A DNA stretch of 64,000 nt from an uncultured delta proteobacterium (GCA_963743305.1 CAVUPH010000017.1:1-64000), one strand, 5' to 3'. Positions 9,072 through 19,261 are shown, counted from the first letter of the stretch. The notes: a model not told the origin generated them from the letters alone. Program-made: numbers and translations.

Positions 9072-9152
9072 CCGATAAAGCCTAACCACCTGAGAGGACG
9101 GCGCGGGAAGCCGCGGGTGCTGAGTTTATTAAAGCACGGCCGAGCTGCCGAG
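9072..9152 (+). ncRNA. Candidate GEMM-I (cyclic di-GMP-I class) riboswitch aptamer, possibly degenerate
   Basis: CGATAAAGCCTAACCACCT-GAGA-GGACGGCGCGGGAAGCCGCGGG..CGGCCGAGCTGCCGA follows the deltaproteobacterial GEMM-I layout; some P2 mismatches. Confidence 0.6.
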
Positions 9153-9184
9153 GGATGACATTCCTTTCGTGTCTCGGCCTTTTT
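9147..9184 (+). terminator. Intrinsic terminator overlapping the aptamer 3' end
   Basis: GCCGAG..CTCGGC followed by a T run. Confidence 0.5.
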
Positions 9185-9391
9185 GTTTGGTTGACATTTC
9201 AAGTCAAAGACTCAAACGACATCACCGGAGGCCCCGACACATCCTATCGTGAGTCGGACTAGGCAAAGCCTCGTCGCTACGTTCGATAATCTCTCATTTT
9301 TTCTCTCCACTTGCTTAATTCTGAGGTAGGGCAAACGGGGCACTTAATCTCCCTGAGCCCGTGAAAGTCCCAGTAGGAGCTTGACACACTT

Positions 9392-9895
9392 ATGAAAACA
9401 TTACACACGCCAGCAATCGTTCTCGCAGCCCTTTGCCTCAGTTTTCTAGTTTACCTGGCTTGGTCAGCCCCACTCTTGCCGGAGCGAGTGGCGACTCATT
9501 TCGGGTCCGGCGGCCAGCCAAACGGTTGGATGAGCCGTTCCATGCATTTGCTGTTTATGGGAGCGTTGGGTGTGGGTCTGCCTTTGGTTTCTGCTGTTCT
9601 CGCGCTGGTTGTCCGGTTGGTCCCAGCGCGGTTTATCAATGTTCCACACCGCGAGTATTGGTTGTCGCCGGAGCGTCAATCGCAGACCTGCACCTATATT
9701 TCCCGTCAGTTGCTTTGGTTGGCATGTCTGGAGGTTGTATTTTTTGCCGGGATGCAGTTTTTGATAGTAGAAGCTAATCGGACGGCACCGGTGCAATTGC
9801 CGATGGAGAGGTTTCTGCCGATGGTTGGCGGTTTTCTGGTTGCAGTCGCGGTGTGGATCATAGTCCTTATTCGCCACTTTGCAAAAGCCGCCTAA
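9392..9895 (+). CDS. DUF1648-type membrane protein
   Basis: LPERVATHF...GQPNGW motif; four hydrophobic segments. Confidence 0.8.
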   Translation: MKTLHTPAIVLAALCLSFLVYLAWSAPLLPERVATHFGSGGQPNGWMSRSMHLLFMGALGVGLPLVSAVLALVVRLVPARFINVPHREYWLSPERQSQTCTYISRQLLWLACLEVVFFAGMQFLIVEANRTAPVQLPMERFLPMVGGFLVAVAVWIIVLIRHFAKAA

Positions 9896-9984
9896 CTAAT
9901 TTAGGATTGAGCCGATCCTGAAATGAAAATCAACGAAAATAATTCAAAATATCTTATAATCGTGATCCCGGGAGGAAATTTCTT

Positions 9985-10857
9985 ATGGATGATTTAAGGG
10001 GCAAAGTGGCTGTCGTCACCGGGTCGGCTTCCGGCATTGGCCGGGCCTTGGCCGTGGAATTAGCCGGGCAAGGTTGTCTGCCGGTGATGGTCGATCTCGA
10101 CGGCGAAGGTTTGGAACAAACCCAGAAATTGTTGGCCGGGTATGGGCAGTCGGCCATTTCTTATGTTGTGGATGTGGGCGATAAAGGCCAGATGTTTTCC
10201 CTGGCTGAAAAGGTCGTTCAAGATCAGGGAGGGGCGGATCTTTTAATCAACAATGCGGGAATAAGCGGACTGGCCTCTTTTCTGGATGTGCCGCTGGACA
10301 TGATCGAACGATTTATGCAGGTGAATTTTTGGGGCGTAGTTTACGGCTGCAAAGCTTTTTTACCCCAATTATTGACCAAACCCGAGGCCCACATCGTCAA
10401 CCTTTCCAGTATCGAGGGCATTATCGCCCTTCCGTCGATGAGCGCCTATGCAGCCAGCAAGTTTGCCATACGGGGATTCACCGAAGTTCTAAAGCTGGAT
10501 CTACGGCACACCCGGGTGGGAGTTTCCTGTGTGTTTCCCGGCGGCGTTAAAACCAATATTGCCCGAAACGCTGTCCGCCTGGCTACCCAATATCTGGAAG
10601 AACATCCGGAGCTCGTCGCGAAAATGGCTCCGCAATTAAAGGAGGCCGATTCCCAGGTGGCCGCGTTTGAGGCCCACGCCGGAACATCAGCCGAAGAGGC
10701 GGCTAAGGTTATTATCGAAGGGATCCGGAAAAAGCAGTGGCGAATCCTGATCGGCCAAGACGCTATAGGTTTGGATGAATTGCAGCGTACCCAACCGGAT
10801 AATTACCAGGAAATCCTCTCTCAGATCTGGCCCAAGGGATTGGGCCCGGAGTGGTAG
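9985..10857 (+). CDS. Short-chain dehydrogenase/reductase
   Basis: TGSASGIG, NNAG, YAASK. Confidence 0.9.
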   Translation: MDDLRGKVAVVTGSASGIGRALAVELAGQGCLPVMVDLDGEGLEQTQKLLAGYGQSAISYVVDVGDKGQMFSLAEKVVQDQGGADLLINNAGISGLASFLDVPLDMIERFMQVNFWGVVYGCKAFLPQLLTKPEAHIVNLSSIEGIIALPSMSAYAASKFAIRGFTEVLKLDLRHTRVGVSCVFPGGVKTNIARNAVRLATQYLEEHPELVAKMAPQLKEADSQVAAFEAHAGTSAEEAAKVIIEGIRKKQWRILIGQDAIGLDELQRTQPDNYQEILSQIWPKGLGPEW

Positions 10858-11042
10858 GACGGAGTCGAAGAATATAAGCTTTTTGCTATGATGCCGTTCA
10901 CTGGAGTCCGAGGGTAGGTTTCTGCTGCGTAGGTGCTCAGCGCTGATCCAGGCACAAACGGCGCTCGGCATGCAGCTCAACACGCTCGTCAACATTCATA
11001 GTGACGAACCACACCAAACCGATGTGACAGGAGGAAAGCCCC

Positions 11043-11438
11043 ATGAAAATCAAAGTGACCAGCATCTACGTGGACGACCAGGAGAAAGCGCTGCGCTTCT
11101 ACACCGATGTCCTGGGCTTCGTGAAGAAAGCCGACGTCACCCAGGGGCCGTTTCGATGGCTCACCGTAGCCTCACCCGAGGAGCCCGACGGCGTCGAGCT
11201 GCAGCTCGCCCCCAATGACAACCCGGCGGCTAAGGCCTACCAGCAGGCGATGTTCGAGCAGGGCCAGCCGGCCGCCATGTTCTATGTAGACGACGTGCAG
11301 CGGGAATATGACCGGATGAAGGCGGCGGGCGGGGAGTTCACCATGCCGCCGACCAAAGTCACCGGCTCGACCATCGCCGTGGTGAACGACACCTGCGGCA
11401 ATCTGATCCAGATCGCCGCGCTCGATCGCTGGCAGTAG
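11043..11438 (+). CDS. VOC/glyoxalase family protein
   Basis: VDDQEKALRFYTDVLGF, DTCGNLIQ. Confidence 0.9.
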   Translation: MKIKVTSIYVDDQEKALRFYTDVLGFVKKADVTQGPFRWLTVASPEEPDGVELQLAPNDNPAAKAYQQAMFEQGQPAAMFYVDDVQREYDRMKAAGGEFTMPPTKVTGSTIAVVNDTCGNLIQIAALDRWQ

Positions 11439-11470
11439 CGGATCAGCTCAGGTCCATGAGCCGGGGAAAG

Positions 11471-11490
11471 GGGACATCCTATAATGTCCC
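11471..11490. repeat. GGGACAT-N6-ATGTCCC palindrome, copy 1
   Basis: GGGACATCCTATAATGTCCC; near-identical copy at 12097-12116. Confidence 0.7.
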
Positions 11491-11497
11491 TGTCATA

Positions 11498-11932
11498 CTA
11501 AAAAGTTCCCAATTGACAGGAAGAAATTTTGATTTTTAAGGCCTCACAGGCCGAAGAGATTTCTCTCTTAGCTATTTTGAATTTTGCCGCTATCTCCCAA
11601 GACGAGGCACAGGGAAGTTTCCCCTTAACCAGGGATTCCCGTATGGCCGCCTCCATGGCTGGGGATACGGTTTCTGCCGCTGTAACCCCTTTGTCAGGGG
11701 GGTCATATCCAAAAAGCCCGAGCTGGCATTTAATGATGGGTATCTCAAGTAAATCTATCGTAGCACCCACTTCACCCGGGGTTACTTTTAATTTGCCGGC
11801 GACCTTAAAGGCAGCGGTGCAGGATATTTTTCCGTCAGAGACCCCTTGTTTTACCGCTTCGGCGATTGCCGGATTCAATTTGAGTTCCGGCGAGCGTTTT
11901 TTCGCATAACCACCTTTGTCCTTGTGTGTCAT
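11498..11932 (-). CDS. Hypothetical protein with tandem Cys-containing repeat domain
   Basis: Two units G.{2}.C..A...A...CQLG.F. Confidence 0.75.
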   Translation of the reverse strand: MTHKDKGGYAKKRSPELKLNPAIAEAVKQGVSDGKISCTAAFKVAGKLKVTPGEVGATIDLLEIPIIKCQLGLFGYDPPDKGVTAAETVSPAMEAAIRESLVKGKLPCASSWEIAAKFKIAKREISSACEALKIKISSCQLGTF

Positions 11933-12096
11933 GGATTCCCTCCTTGATCGTCTATTGTCCGATTTCGAATTCTATATCTTTCTCCAAATGGTCCCTTTTT
12001 CCCAAACAGAGAGGCAGTAACAGTCTATCCCTTATCTTAACCGGTGGGTTTGGAACGGTCAACTCGAATTGCAGTACAGGGCGCTGTAAAGGCGGC

Positions 12097-12116
12097 GGGA
12101 CATCCTACAATGTCCC
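12097..12116. repeat. GGGACAT-N6-ATGTCCC palindrome, copy 2
   Basis: GGGACATCCTACAATGTCCC. Confidence 0.7.
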
Positions 12117-12318
12117 GTTCAAGGAAATACTTTGAAAGAACAGAATGCTCACAGAGGCGGAGGGTCGTCTTTGCGGCCGAATTGATCAGCTGTGAGCCAG
12201 GGCAATAAATATCTTTTAAGCAACCAGAAATGTTGGTAAGATTTGTCCAGACCTCGGAAAGCACCTGAGAATATTTTTAAGCGCCTTACTATGAGGGGCT
12301 GAAAGGGGGTTCAGGCAA

Positions 12319-13285
12319 ATGAACAAGGGTGACGCGGAAACAGCCAGGACCATGTACCGGAAAATGGTCTTTATTCGAAAATTCGAAGAAAAATTAGTGG
12401 AACTTTCTCAAGTCCGCGGGCGATTGCCGGGTATGCAAATCCTGGCTATCGGACAGGAGGCCGTGGCGGTAGGGGTCGTTCAGGCCATGCTGCCGAAGGA
12501 TATCCTGGTCAGCTAACCACCGGAGCCATGGCCATCTGTTGGCTAAGGGGGCCGATCCCGCCACGCTTTTGGCGGAGATCATGGGGAAGGGTACCGGTGT
12601 CAATAAAGGAAAATCCGGGACCTTGCACCTGGCCGTACCGGAGATCGGGGCCTTAATGACCAGTACGGTCGTCGGGGCCGGACCCCCCCTGGCCGTGGGA
12701 GCGGCCTTTGCCCAACAATATCGTAATGAACCCTTTATCACGGTGGTCTTTTTTGGAGACGGGGCCGCGGCGGAGGGCAGCGTTCATGAGGCCATGAATC
12801 TGGCCGCTCTCTGGAAATTGCCCGTGCTCTTTGTCTGTGAAAATAACTGCTGGGCAGGGGCTCAAGGCCTGGCGCAGCATTGTTCGCTGACACGGATAGC
12901 CGACAGGGCGCAGGCCTATGGTTTTCCCGGTCAGGTGGTGGACGGCAACGATGTCCTGGAAGTCTATGCCCAGGCCCGGGAATTGATCGCCTTCTGTCGA
13001 GAGGGAAAAGGACCGGCCCTGCTGGAGGCCAAGACCTATCGGATGCGGGGCCATGGAGAGTATGACCATCAGCATTATGTCGATAAAAAAGAACTGGAAG
13101 AATGGGCCGGCCGCTCGCCCATTCAAAAGCTGGAAGAAAAACTGTTGGCCGAGGGAATGATGGAAAAGAGGGAGATGGAGAGCATTGCCTTGGAGATCCA
13201 AAGACAGATTGAGGCGGCCCTGAAATTCGCCGACGAGAGTCCCTACCCCCTGCCGACCGAAGCCCTGGACCATCTTTGGGCCTAA
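12319..13285 (+). CDS. TPP-dependent dehydrogenase E1 alpha subunit (AcoA/PdhA-like), frameshift at about 12514
   Basis: GQEAVAVG, S-NHRSHGH after removing one base, GDGA..EG..HEAMN, ENN, YRMRGH. Confidence 0.85.
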
Positions 13286-13300
13286 CGAAAGGAGCGCCTG

Positions 13301-14299
13301 ATGTCAATACGATCTTTTGGGAAGGCCATAAACGAGGGGCTGGATCTGGCGATGAGTCTGGATGAACGAGTTTTTCTGGCCGGTGAGGGAGTGGGGGTAT
13401 CCATTCACCTCGACCCCAATATGCCCACCTACGGTCTATTGGAAAAATTCGGTCCGAAGCGGGTCAAGGATACGCCGGTCAGTGAGGCGGCCATTGCCGG
13501 CCTGGCCGTCGGCGCCTCTTGTCTCGGTCTTTTGCCGGTAGTGGAAATCATGTTTTTCCCCTTCTTTACGCTGGCCAGCGATATGATCATTAATCATGCG
13601 GCTAAATTACGTTATCTCAGCGGGGGGAAATCGTCTTTTCCCCTGACGGTACGAATCAAGTCCGGGTCCGGTTTCTCGGCCGGTTGTCAGCATTCACATA
13701 ATCTGGAGGCCTGGGTGGCCCACATTCCCGGCTTGAAGGTCGTCTATCCTTCAACCCCCGCCGATGCCAAAGGCCTCCTGCTGAGCGCTCTTTTTGATCC
13801 CAACCCGGTCATCGTCATCGAGGATCTGGCTCTTTACGGGAAGGAGGACGAGGTCCCGGAAGGGGATTTTCGAGTACCTCTAGGCCAGGCTCGTCTGGTC
13901 CAACCGGGATCCGATTGTACCTTGGTCAGCTATGGTTCGGCTATCTATACGGTCTTGGAGGCGGCCCGAGCGCTTAGCGACAGGAAGGTATATCGGCGGA
14001 GGTCCTGGATTTGAGGTGCCTGGTTCCCCTGGATAGGGCTTCGTCTTCTCGAATCGGTCCGGAAGACAGGCCGGCTGGTGGTCATTCACGAGGCCAACAA
14101 ATTTGGGGGCTTCGGAGCGGAAATTGCCGCCCTGGTTGCCGAGGAGGCCTTTGAACACCTTAAATCACCCATCAAACGGGTTGCCGCCCCGGATATACCG
14201 GTGCCCTTTTCACCACCCCAGGAGAAATTTTATCGACCAAGCCCGGAGAAGATTCTCGAAGCCGTTCACTCCCTTATGGGGGATGGGAGACGATCATGA
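13301..14299 (+). CDS. E1 beta subunit (AcoB/PdhB-like), frameshifts at about 13985 and 14045
   Basis: DTPVSEAAIAG, QHSHNLE, PGLKVV; EVLDLRCLVPLD and KTGRLVVIHE in shifted frames. Confidence 0.85.
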
Positions 14300-14637
14300 T
14301 AAAAAGACTTGAAGTACTCCAACTCCCCTGGCAGGAACATCCCGTTTTCAAAGACTTACGCATCAAGAAGCTTCTGACGTACGAAATGGATAATGTCGAT
14401 TTGAGCATTGCGATGGTACAAGTGAAGCGAGGCGCGCAAATTCCGGCTCATGTGCATGATCAAGACGACATAGTTTATCATTTGAAGGGGAAAGGAAAAA
14501 TGTGGATTGAGGGCGAAGGAGATTTTGAAGTGACTGCGGGGAGCTTTATTCGAATTCCGGCTGGCGTAAAACACCAACCCCACGATATCGAGGAGGATAT
14601 GTTGGTCTTTGACATCTATTTCCCCCACCTGTTTTAA
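14296..14637 (+). CDS. Cupin domain protein
   Basis: HVH..D..Y...G.G, IPAGVKH; ATGA overlap with E1 beta. Confidence 0.85.
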   Translation: MIKRLEVLQLPWQEHPVFKDLRIKKLLTYEMDNVDLSIAMVQVKRGAQIPAHVHDQDDIVYHLKGKGKMWIEGEGDFEVTAGSFIRIPAGVKHQPHDIEEDMLVFDIYFPHLF

Positions 14638-15047
14638 AATGGGATTTGATGCGAAAAGAAGGAAAGGTGAGAGACAGCAGGGAATGAACGCTTATAAGCG
14701 GGTGATAGCCGTTATTGGTGGAGAGAAGCCAGATTGGAAGGCAGGGGGACAACACCGGGTTCAGAAAATGCGTTACCCTATGACCTGATAACGTAACCGG
14801 GGACATCAACCTTTTTGACAAAACTATATCGATCATGATTTTGTAAGACAAAATTGTAGATTCCTCCGGCTGGCTCGCCTACTTCGCGGACGGACCTAAC
14901 GCCAAGCATTTCCTGATCCCGTTGAGTGATTCGACCTTGCTTGTTGCCCCAACGGTTACGATATGTGAAGTATTTTTCCAATTCGCCTGGTGAAAGGCAA
15001 GCCGCCACCGGGGAAGGTCTTCGCCTCTTCACGGGCGGCAAGATCCC

Positions 15048-15545
15048 TTACGCAATCTTTTTATATCCCGGGTCCTTGATCCCACAGATAGGGCAGGTTG
15101 AGGGCGGGGTCTTCTCCGCGGTATGGCCGCACACCGGGCAGACATAATAGGAAACATTTTCTTCAGGGCTACCGAGGGCGTCGGCTAGCTTTTGAAAAAG
15201 CTCGGCGTGGACTTTTTCCGTTTCCAAGGCATAGCGAAAGAAATTTTCCGCTTCTTCTTTTCCTTCCGCTCTGGCGGTCTCCACCATCTCAGGAATTAAG
15301 GACTTGAAGGCCCGGCTTTCAACGGAGATGGCTTCCTGCAGGTTTTCCCGGGTTCCGCGAACCCCACGGAGCGCCTTCAGGTAGTTGTGGGCATGGACCG
15401 TTTCCGCTGCCGCGGCCGCTCGAAACAATCGAGCCACCTGCAACTGCCCTTCTTGTTCGGCCTGGAGGGCAAAGGCCAGGTATCGGCGGTTGGTCTGGGA
15501 TTCTCCAGCGAAGGCCGCTTTCAAAAACTCTTCGGTTTTGGACAT
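15048..15545 (-). CDS. Rubrerythrin family protein
   Basis: AFAGES, ETVH, EKVH, CPVC..CPIC. Confidence 0.9.
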   Translation of the reverse strand: MSKTEEFLKAAFAGESQTNRRYLAFALQAEQEGQLQVARLFRAAAAAETVHAHNYLKALRGVRGTRENLQEAISVESRAFKSLIPEMVETARAEGKEEAENFFRYALETEKVHAELFQKLADALGSPEENVSYYVCPVCGHTAEKTPPSTCPICGIKDPGYKKIA

Positions 15546-15604
15546 GGGGGTTCCCCTTTTCTAAATTTTTCTGCCCCCTTGGGTATAGCTAACGGCAAAA
15601 AAAT

Positions 15605-16369
15605 TTAGCAGGCCGTAAAGCCGCCGTCGATCATCAGCACCGCGCCGTTGACAAAGCTGGAGGAATCCGAGGACAGATAGATAGCCGCTCCCACCGTTTC
15701 CTCCGGCTGGCCCATGCGGTGCAGCGGGATGCGGTTGGTACTCCACTCCACAAAGGACGGGTCGGCCAGGACCGGGTTGTTCATGGGCGTGCGGACAAAG
15801 GCCGGACCGATTCCGTTGACCTGGATGCCGTAAGGCCCCCATTCCGTGGCCAGGCAGCGGGTGACCAGTAGCAGGCCCCCTTTGCTGACACAGTAGGCCC
15901 CGATGCCGTGCTCGGCCACGAAGCTGCAGTTGGAGAGGATATTGATGATCTTCCCTTTCTTCCGTTTGATCATTTCTTTTCCCACGGCCAGGGCCATGAA
16001 GAAGTTCCCTTTCAGGTTGATGTCGATGGTCGTATCCCAGAGCTCTTCCGTGGTAGCTTCAATGGGACCCTTAAAGAGCACCGCGGCGTTGTTGATCAGG
16101 ACATCGATTTTTCCAAAGGTCTTAACGGTCTCCGCTACCGCGTAGTCCTGAAAACTTAAGTTGGAAATATCCCCCGGGAGCACCAGGGCCTGGACGCCCT
16201 GGGCCAGCACTTCCCGTTCCGCTTCCTTCAAGGGCTCCGGCCGCCGGCCGATGAGGACCAGGTTCGCCCCCGCCTGGGCCAGGCCGACGGCCATGGCCTG
16301 ACCGATCCCGGTACCGGCTCCGGTAACGATAATGGTTTTCCCGCTCAGGTCGAATCCCGTGTATTTCAT
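15605..16369 (-). CDS. SDR oxidoreductase (gluconate 5-DH/KduD-like)
   Basis: TGAGTGIG, NNAA, YCVSK, IDGG. Confidence 0.9.
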   Translation of the reverse strand: MKYTGFDLSGKTIIVTGAGTGIGQAMAVGLAQAGANLVLIGRRPEPLKEAEREVLAQGVQALVLPGDISNLSFQDYAVAETVKTFGKIDVLINNAAVLFKGPIEATTEELWDTTIDINLKGNFFMALAVGKEMIKRKKGKIINILSNCSFVAEHGIGAYCVSKGGLLLVTRCLATEWGPYGIQVNGIGPAFVRTPMNNPVLADPSFVEWSTNRIPLHRMGQPEETVGAAIYLSSDSSSFVNGAVLMIDGGFTAC

Positions 16370-16421
16370 AGTATCCTCCTTCTTAGTATGAATGTAGCTC
16401 TTGAAGCCAATTATTCATTTT

Positions 16422-16514
16422 TGTCATTTTGAGGGAGTCACGCCCAGGCGTGACGAATGAAGAATCCCCCCAGGCCTAAAAACGAGATCTTTCGTTCCCT
16501 TCGGTCACTCAGAC
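16422..16514. repeat. Degenerate TGTCATT-type REP-like element
   Basis: TGTCATTTTGAG..GTCACGCC-A-GGCGTGAC..GAAGAATC..GAGATCTTTCG..CTCAG between divergent SDR genes. Confidence 0.45.
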
Positions 16515-16682
16515 AAGCGGGGACATCCGACGGTTGTATTTTCATGCAAAGCACTACCCCCTTGACATGCCTGGAGTATAATTTAATATTAGACTGAAAT
16601 CAGGCCATACCAGATCTGGGGGGTACCCACCCAAAAGGGCGAAGCGTCAAAAAGTTAAATCCCGGCAAAAGGAGCGACCTCT

Positions 16683-17446
16683 ATGGATTTCCCCGAATTC
16701 TCCCTCACCGACAAGGTAGCCTTAGTCACCGGCGCGAGCCGCGGCATCGGCCGTTATCTGGCCGCGGGGCTGGCCCGCTATGGGGCCGACCTGATCATCA
16801 CCGGCCGCACAGTCAGCCAACTGGAAGAGGCGGCCCAGGAAATCCGACAGCAGGGCCGTCGCTGCCTGGTGGTGCCCATGGACATTACCCGAAAAGCCGA
16901 TATTGAAAAAGGAGTGGAACAGGCCTTTCGGCATTTCGGTCGTATTGATATCCTGGTCAACAACGCCGGCATCAACATCCCCAAACCGGCGCTGGAAGTT
17001 ACCGAAGAGGACTGGCGCCGAGTCATCGACTCCAACCTGACCGGTCTTTTTTTCTGCTGCCAGGCGGTCGGTCGGATCATGGTCAACCAGAAGAGCGGAA
17101 AAATCATCAACATCAGCTCCCAGACCGGGACGGTGGCCATTCAGTGGCGGGCGGCCTATTGCTCCAGCAAAGCCGGGGTGAACCTCCTGACCAAGGAGCT
17201 GGCTCTGGAATGGGGACCCTACAACATCAACGTCAATGCCGTGGCCCCGACCTTTATCGAAACGCCCATGACCAGGCCCATGCTGGAAAATCAGGCCTTC
17301 CGGGAAATGGTCCTCAGTAAAATTCTGTTAGGCCGTGTCGGTCAACCGAAAGACGTTCTGGGGGCCGTCATCTATCTGGCCTCCGGGCCTCCGACCTGGT
17401 CACCGGCCATGTGCTCCTGGTGGACGGCGGCTGGACAGCGCACTAA
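16683..17446 (+). CDS. SDR oxidoreductase; frameshift in G-run near 17385
   Basis: TGASRGIG, NNAG, YCSSK; true end ASDLVTGHVLLVDGGWTAH-stop in a shifted frame. Confidence 0.9.
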
Positions 17447-17453
17447 ATAAAGA

Positions 17454-17496
17454 CATTAATAATCAATAATCAATTGTTAATTGTTAATTATTAATG
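17454..17496. repeat. AT-rich heptamer palindrome between convergent genes
   Basis: CATTAATAATCAATAATCAATTGTTAATTGTTAATTATTAATG. Confidence 0.65.
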
Positions 17497-17517
17497 AAAA
17501 AACCGTGGACTATTTTG

Positions 17518-18229
17518 TCAGCCCCCCCCAGGACTTACTCTTCTCACCACCACCAGATCACCCTGCCTGGTCACCTTGAGCGCAAAATCATAGATATCCC
17601 GCTGGAGGCAGAGAATGGGGTCTTCCGCCGGGAAATGGGCCTTTTCCCTTCGTAGAAACTTCTGGGTGGTTTCCTGGAAAATGATTTCCCGCAAGGCTTG
17701 ATTGTGATCGTAGGCCGTCCCGTCCAGGAGATGGGCCAGGTATTGGGCGCACCACTCGTCTTCGGGGGCCTTTTCCTTCAACTGGACCCCCATGGCGATA
17801 ATGGAAACCGTCTCGGGCCCCCGGGCTTGAAGATAGGCGGCGGTGGCCCGGGCCACCATAAAACTTCCCAGCAGCACCTCATCGGCAGTCTCCAAGGCCG
17901 CCAGGGCCCCCTGGACCCCGGCCGAGGTCCGCTGGACGACGGCCTTCCCCGGCGAAGAATTCCGATCCCCGGCGCAGGATCTGGCTGGGCGAATTTCCCA
18001 GGTCGAACCCCTCGACCGGCACGCCCCCCACCTCCCCGATCAAAACCAGTTCCTTATCGCCGGCCTTCAAGGCCAGGGCTTCCTCCGGAGTGGCTACCAG
18101 CAGCGAGTGACGCGCCCCCAGGGACAGGAGCAACGGCGTGCAGGAAAATGCCCGGAAGACGTCCACCACTACGGCGATGCCCCGGGCCGACCGGGCCCCC
18201 TCGAGCAGGCTGGAACGGATTACTCTCAC
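17518..18229 (-). CDS. 2-phosphosulfolactate phosphatase (ComB) family, frameshift at about 17948
   Basis: VVVDVFRAFS, GEVGG...GFDLGNSP, QRTSAG, PEDEWCA. Confidence 0.85.
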
Positions 18230-18240
18230 GGGATTCCCCC

Positions 18241-19008
18241 TCAGTTATCGGTCCCGGCCGGATAGACCGGGTGGTCCATGGTGCGCATATCGTGACCGGG
18301 AAGAATGACCTTTCCCCGCCGCACGATCTCTTCCATGCTGCGCCAGGAATCCACAATGTTGGAAAACCGGCCCATGACGGTAAAGGGCTGGTATTCATTG
18401 GCCGGGACGAGGTTGGCGTAGGAAAAAACGGCATCCCCGGTGATGACATGGACGCCCCCCTCCGTGGCCACGGCCACCGATTGATGTCCCGGAGAGTGGC
18501 CGGGAGTAGGGAAGATGGTAATTCCCTGCAAAATTTCCGCCTCAGCGGTTAACGTCTCAAAGGAAACCGCCGCGTAAGGGGGGGTCCGGCCGAGCCGGGG
18601 ATGTTCATAGGATTTGTAATAAGGGGGGATGGGATCCCGGGCAAAGGCCAGCTCCCGGGCATGGACCAGAAAACGAGCCTGGGGAAATTTATCCAGATTA
18701 TGACAGTGATCCCAGTGGAGATGGGTCAGGATGACCACTTCGATCTCAGCGGGATCCACGCCCAGGGCCTGGAGCTGCTCGTGGACGGCCTCCCCCGGCT
18801 CCTGCCGTGAGCCTTTGTGGTGCCAGTCGGCCAGCGCGGTGTGGCACATGCCCGCGTCCACCATGATCTTGCGCCGGCCATCGGTCACATACCAGGCGGT
18901 CCCCGGTATCTCCATCTCTCGGCCCAGGCCGATGCCCCGAGTGACGTAGGCCCCCTGGTCGACGATGATGGTTCCGGTCTTTAAGGGATAAATCCGGTAA
19001 AAGGGCAT
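18241..19008 (-). CDS. Metallo-beta-lactamase fold hydrolase (AHL-lactonase family)
   Basis: THLHWDH, TPGHSPGH, GDA, PGHD. Confidence 0.9.
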   Translation of the reverse strand: MPFYRIYPLKTGTIIVDQGAYVTRGIGLGREMEIPGTAWYVTDGRRKIMVDAGMCHTALADWHHKGSRQEPGEAVHEQLQALGVDPAEIEVVILTHLHWDHCHNLDKFPQARFLVHARELAFARDPIPPYYKSYEHPRLGRTPPYAAVSFETLTAEAEILQGITIFPTPGHSPGHQSVAVATEGGVHVITGDAVFSYANLVPANEYQPFTVMGRFSNIVDSWRSMEEIVRRGKVILPGHDMRTMDHPVYPAGTDN

Positions 19009-19078
19009 TGAATTTCCTCCTTAAAACGAAAATAGAACTCGGCCCAGAATGCGTCCATGACATGAATAGTCAATAATG

Positions 19079-19220
19079 GATGGACTCGCAAAAAGTCCTC
19101 TGGGCTGTCATTGCGAGGAGAGAAGCGACGAAGCAATCCCCAAGAATCAGCTAGTTGCCAAGGTGGGGATTGCTTCGCTTCGCTCGCAATGACAGGTTTT
19201 TGAACTTTTTGCGAACTCAA
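19079..19220. mobile_element. MITE (GATGG..TCGCAAAAAGTC terminal IR) with internal GTCATTGCGAG REP-like hairpin
   Basis: TCGCAAAAAGT / ACTTTTTGCGA ends; closely related copy at 61439-61593. Confidence 0.75.
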
Positions 19221-19221
19221 G

Positions 19222-19245
19222 AATAATTAACAATTGTTAATTATT
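19222..19245. repeat. Perfect 24-bp AT-rich palindrome
   Basis: AATAATTAACAATTGTTAATTATT. Confidence 0.7.
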
Positions 19246-19261
19246 AATACAACCCGGGTTA

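Noticed and set aside
9889-9925. GCCTAAC at the DUF1648 stop resembling an integron attC inverse core
   Set aside because: No matching GTTRRRY end or long attC stem, and no integrase or repeated attC sites
12514-12516. In-frame stop in E1 alpha as possible recoding
   Set aside because: It is TAA produced by a one-base insertion; the downstream motif is in another frame
14778-15041. 87-aa ORF downstream of rubrerythrin
   Set aside because: No RBS or motif; at most a decayed fragment
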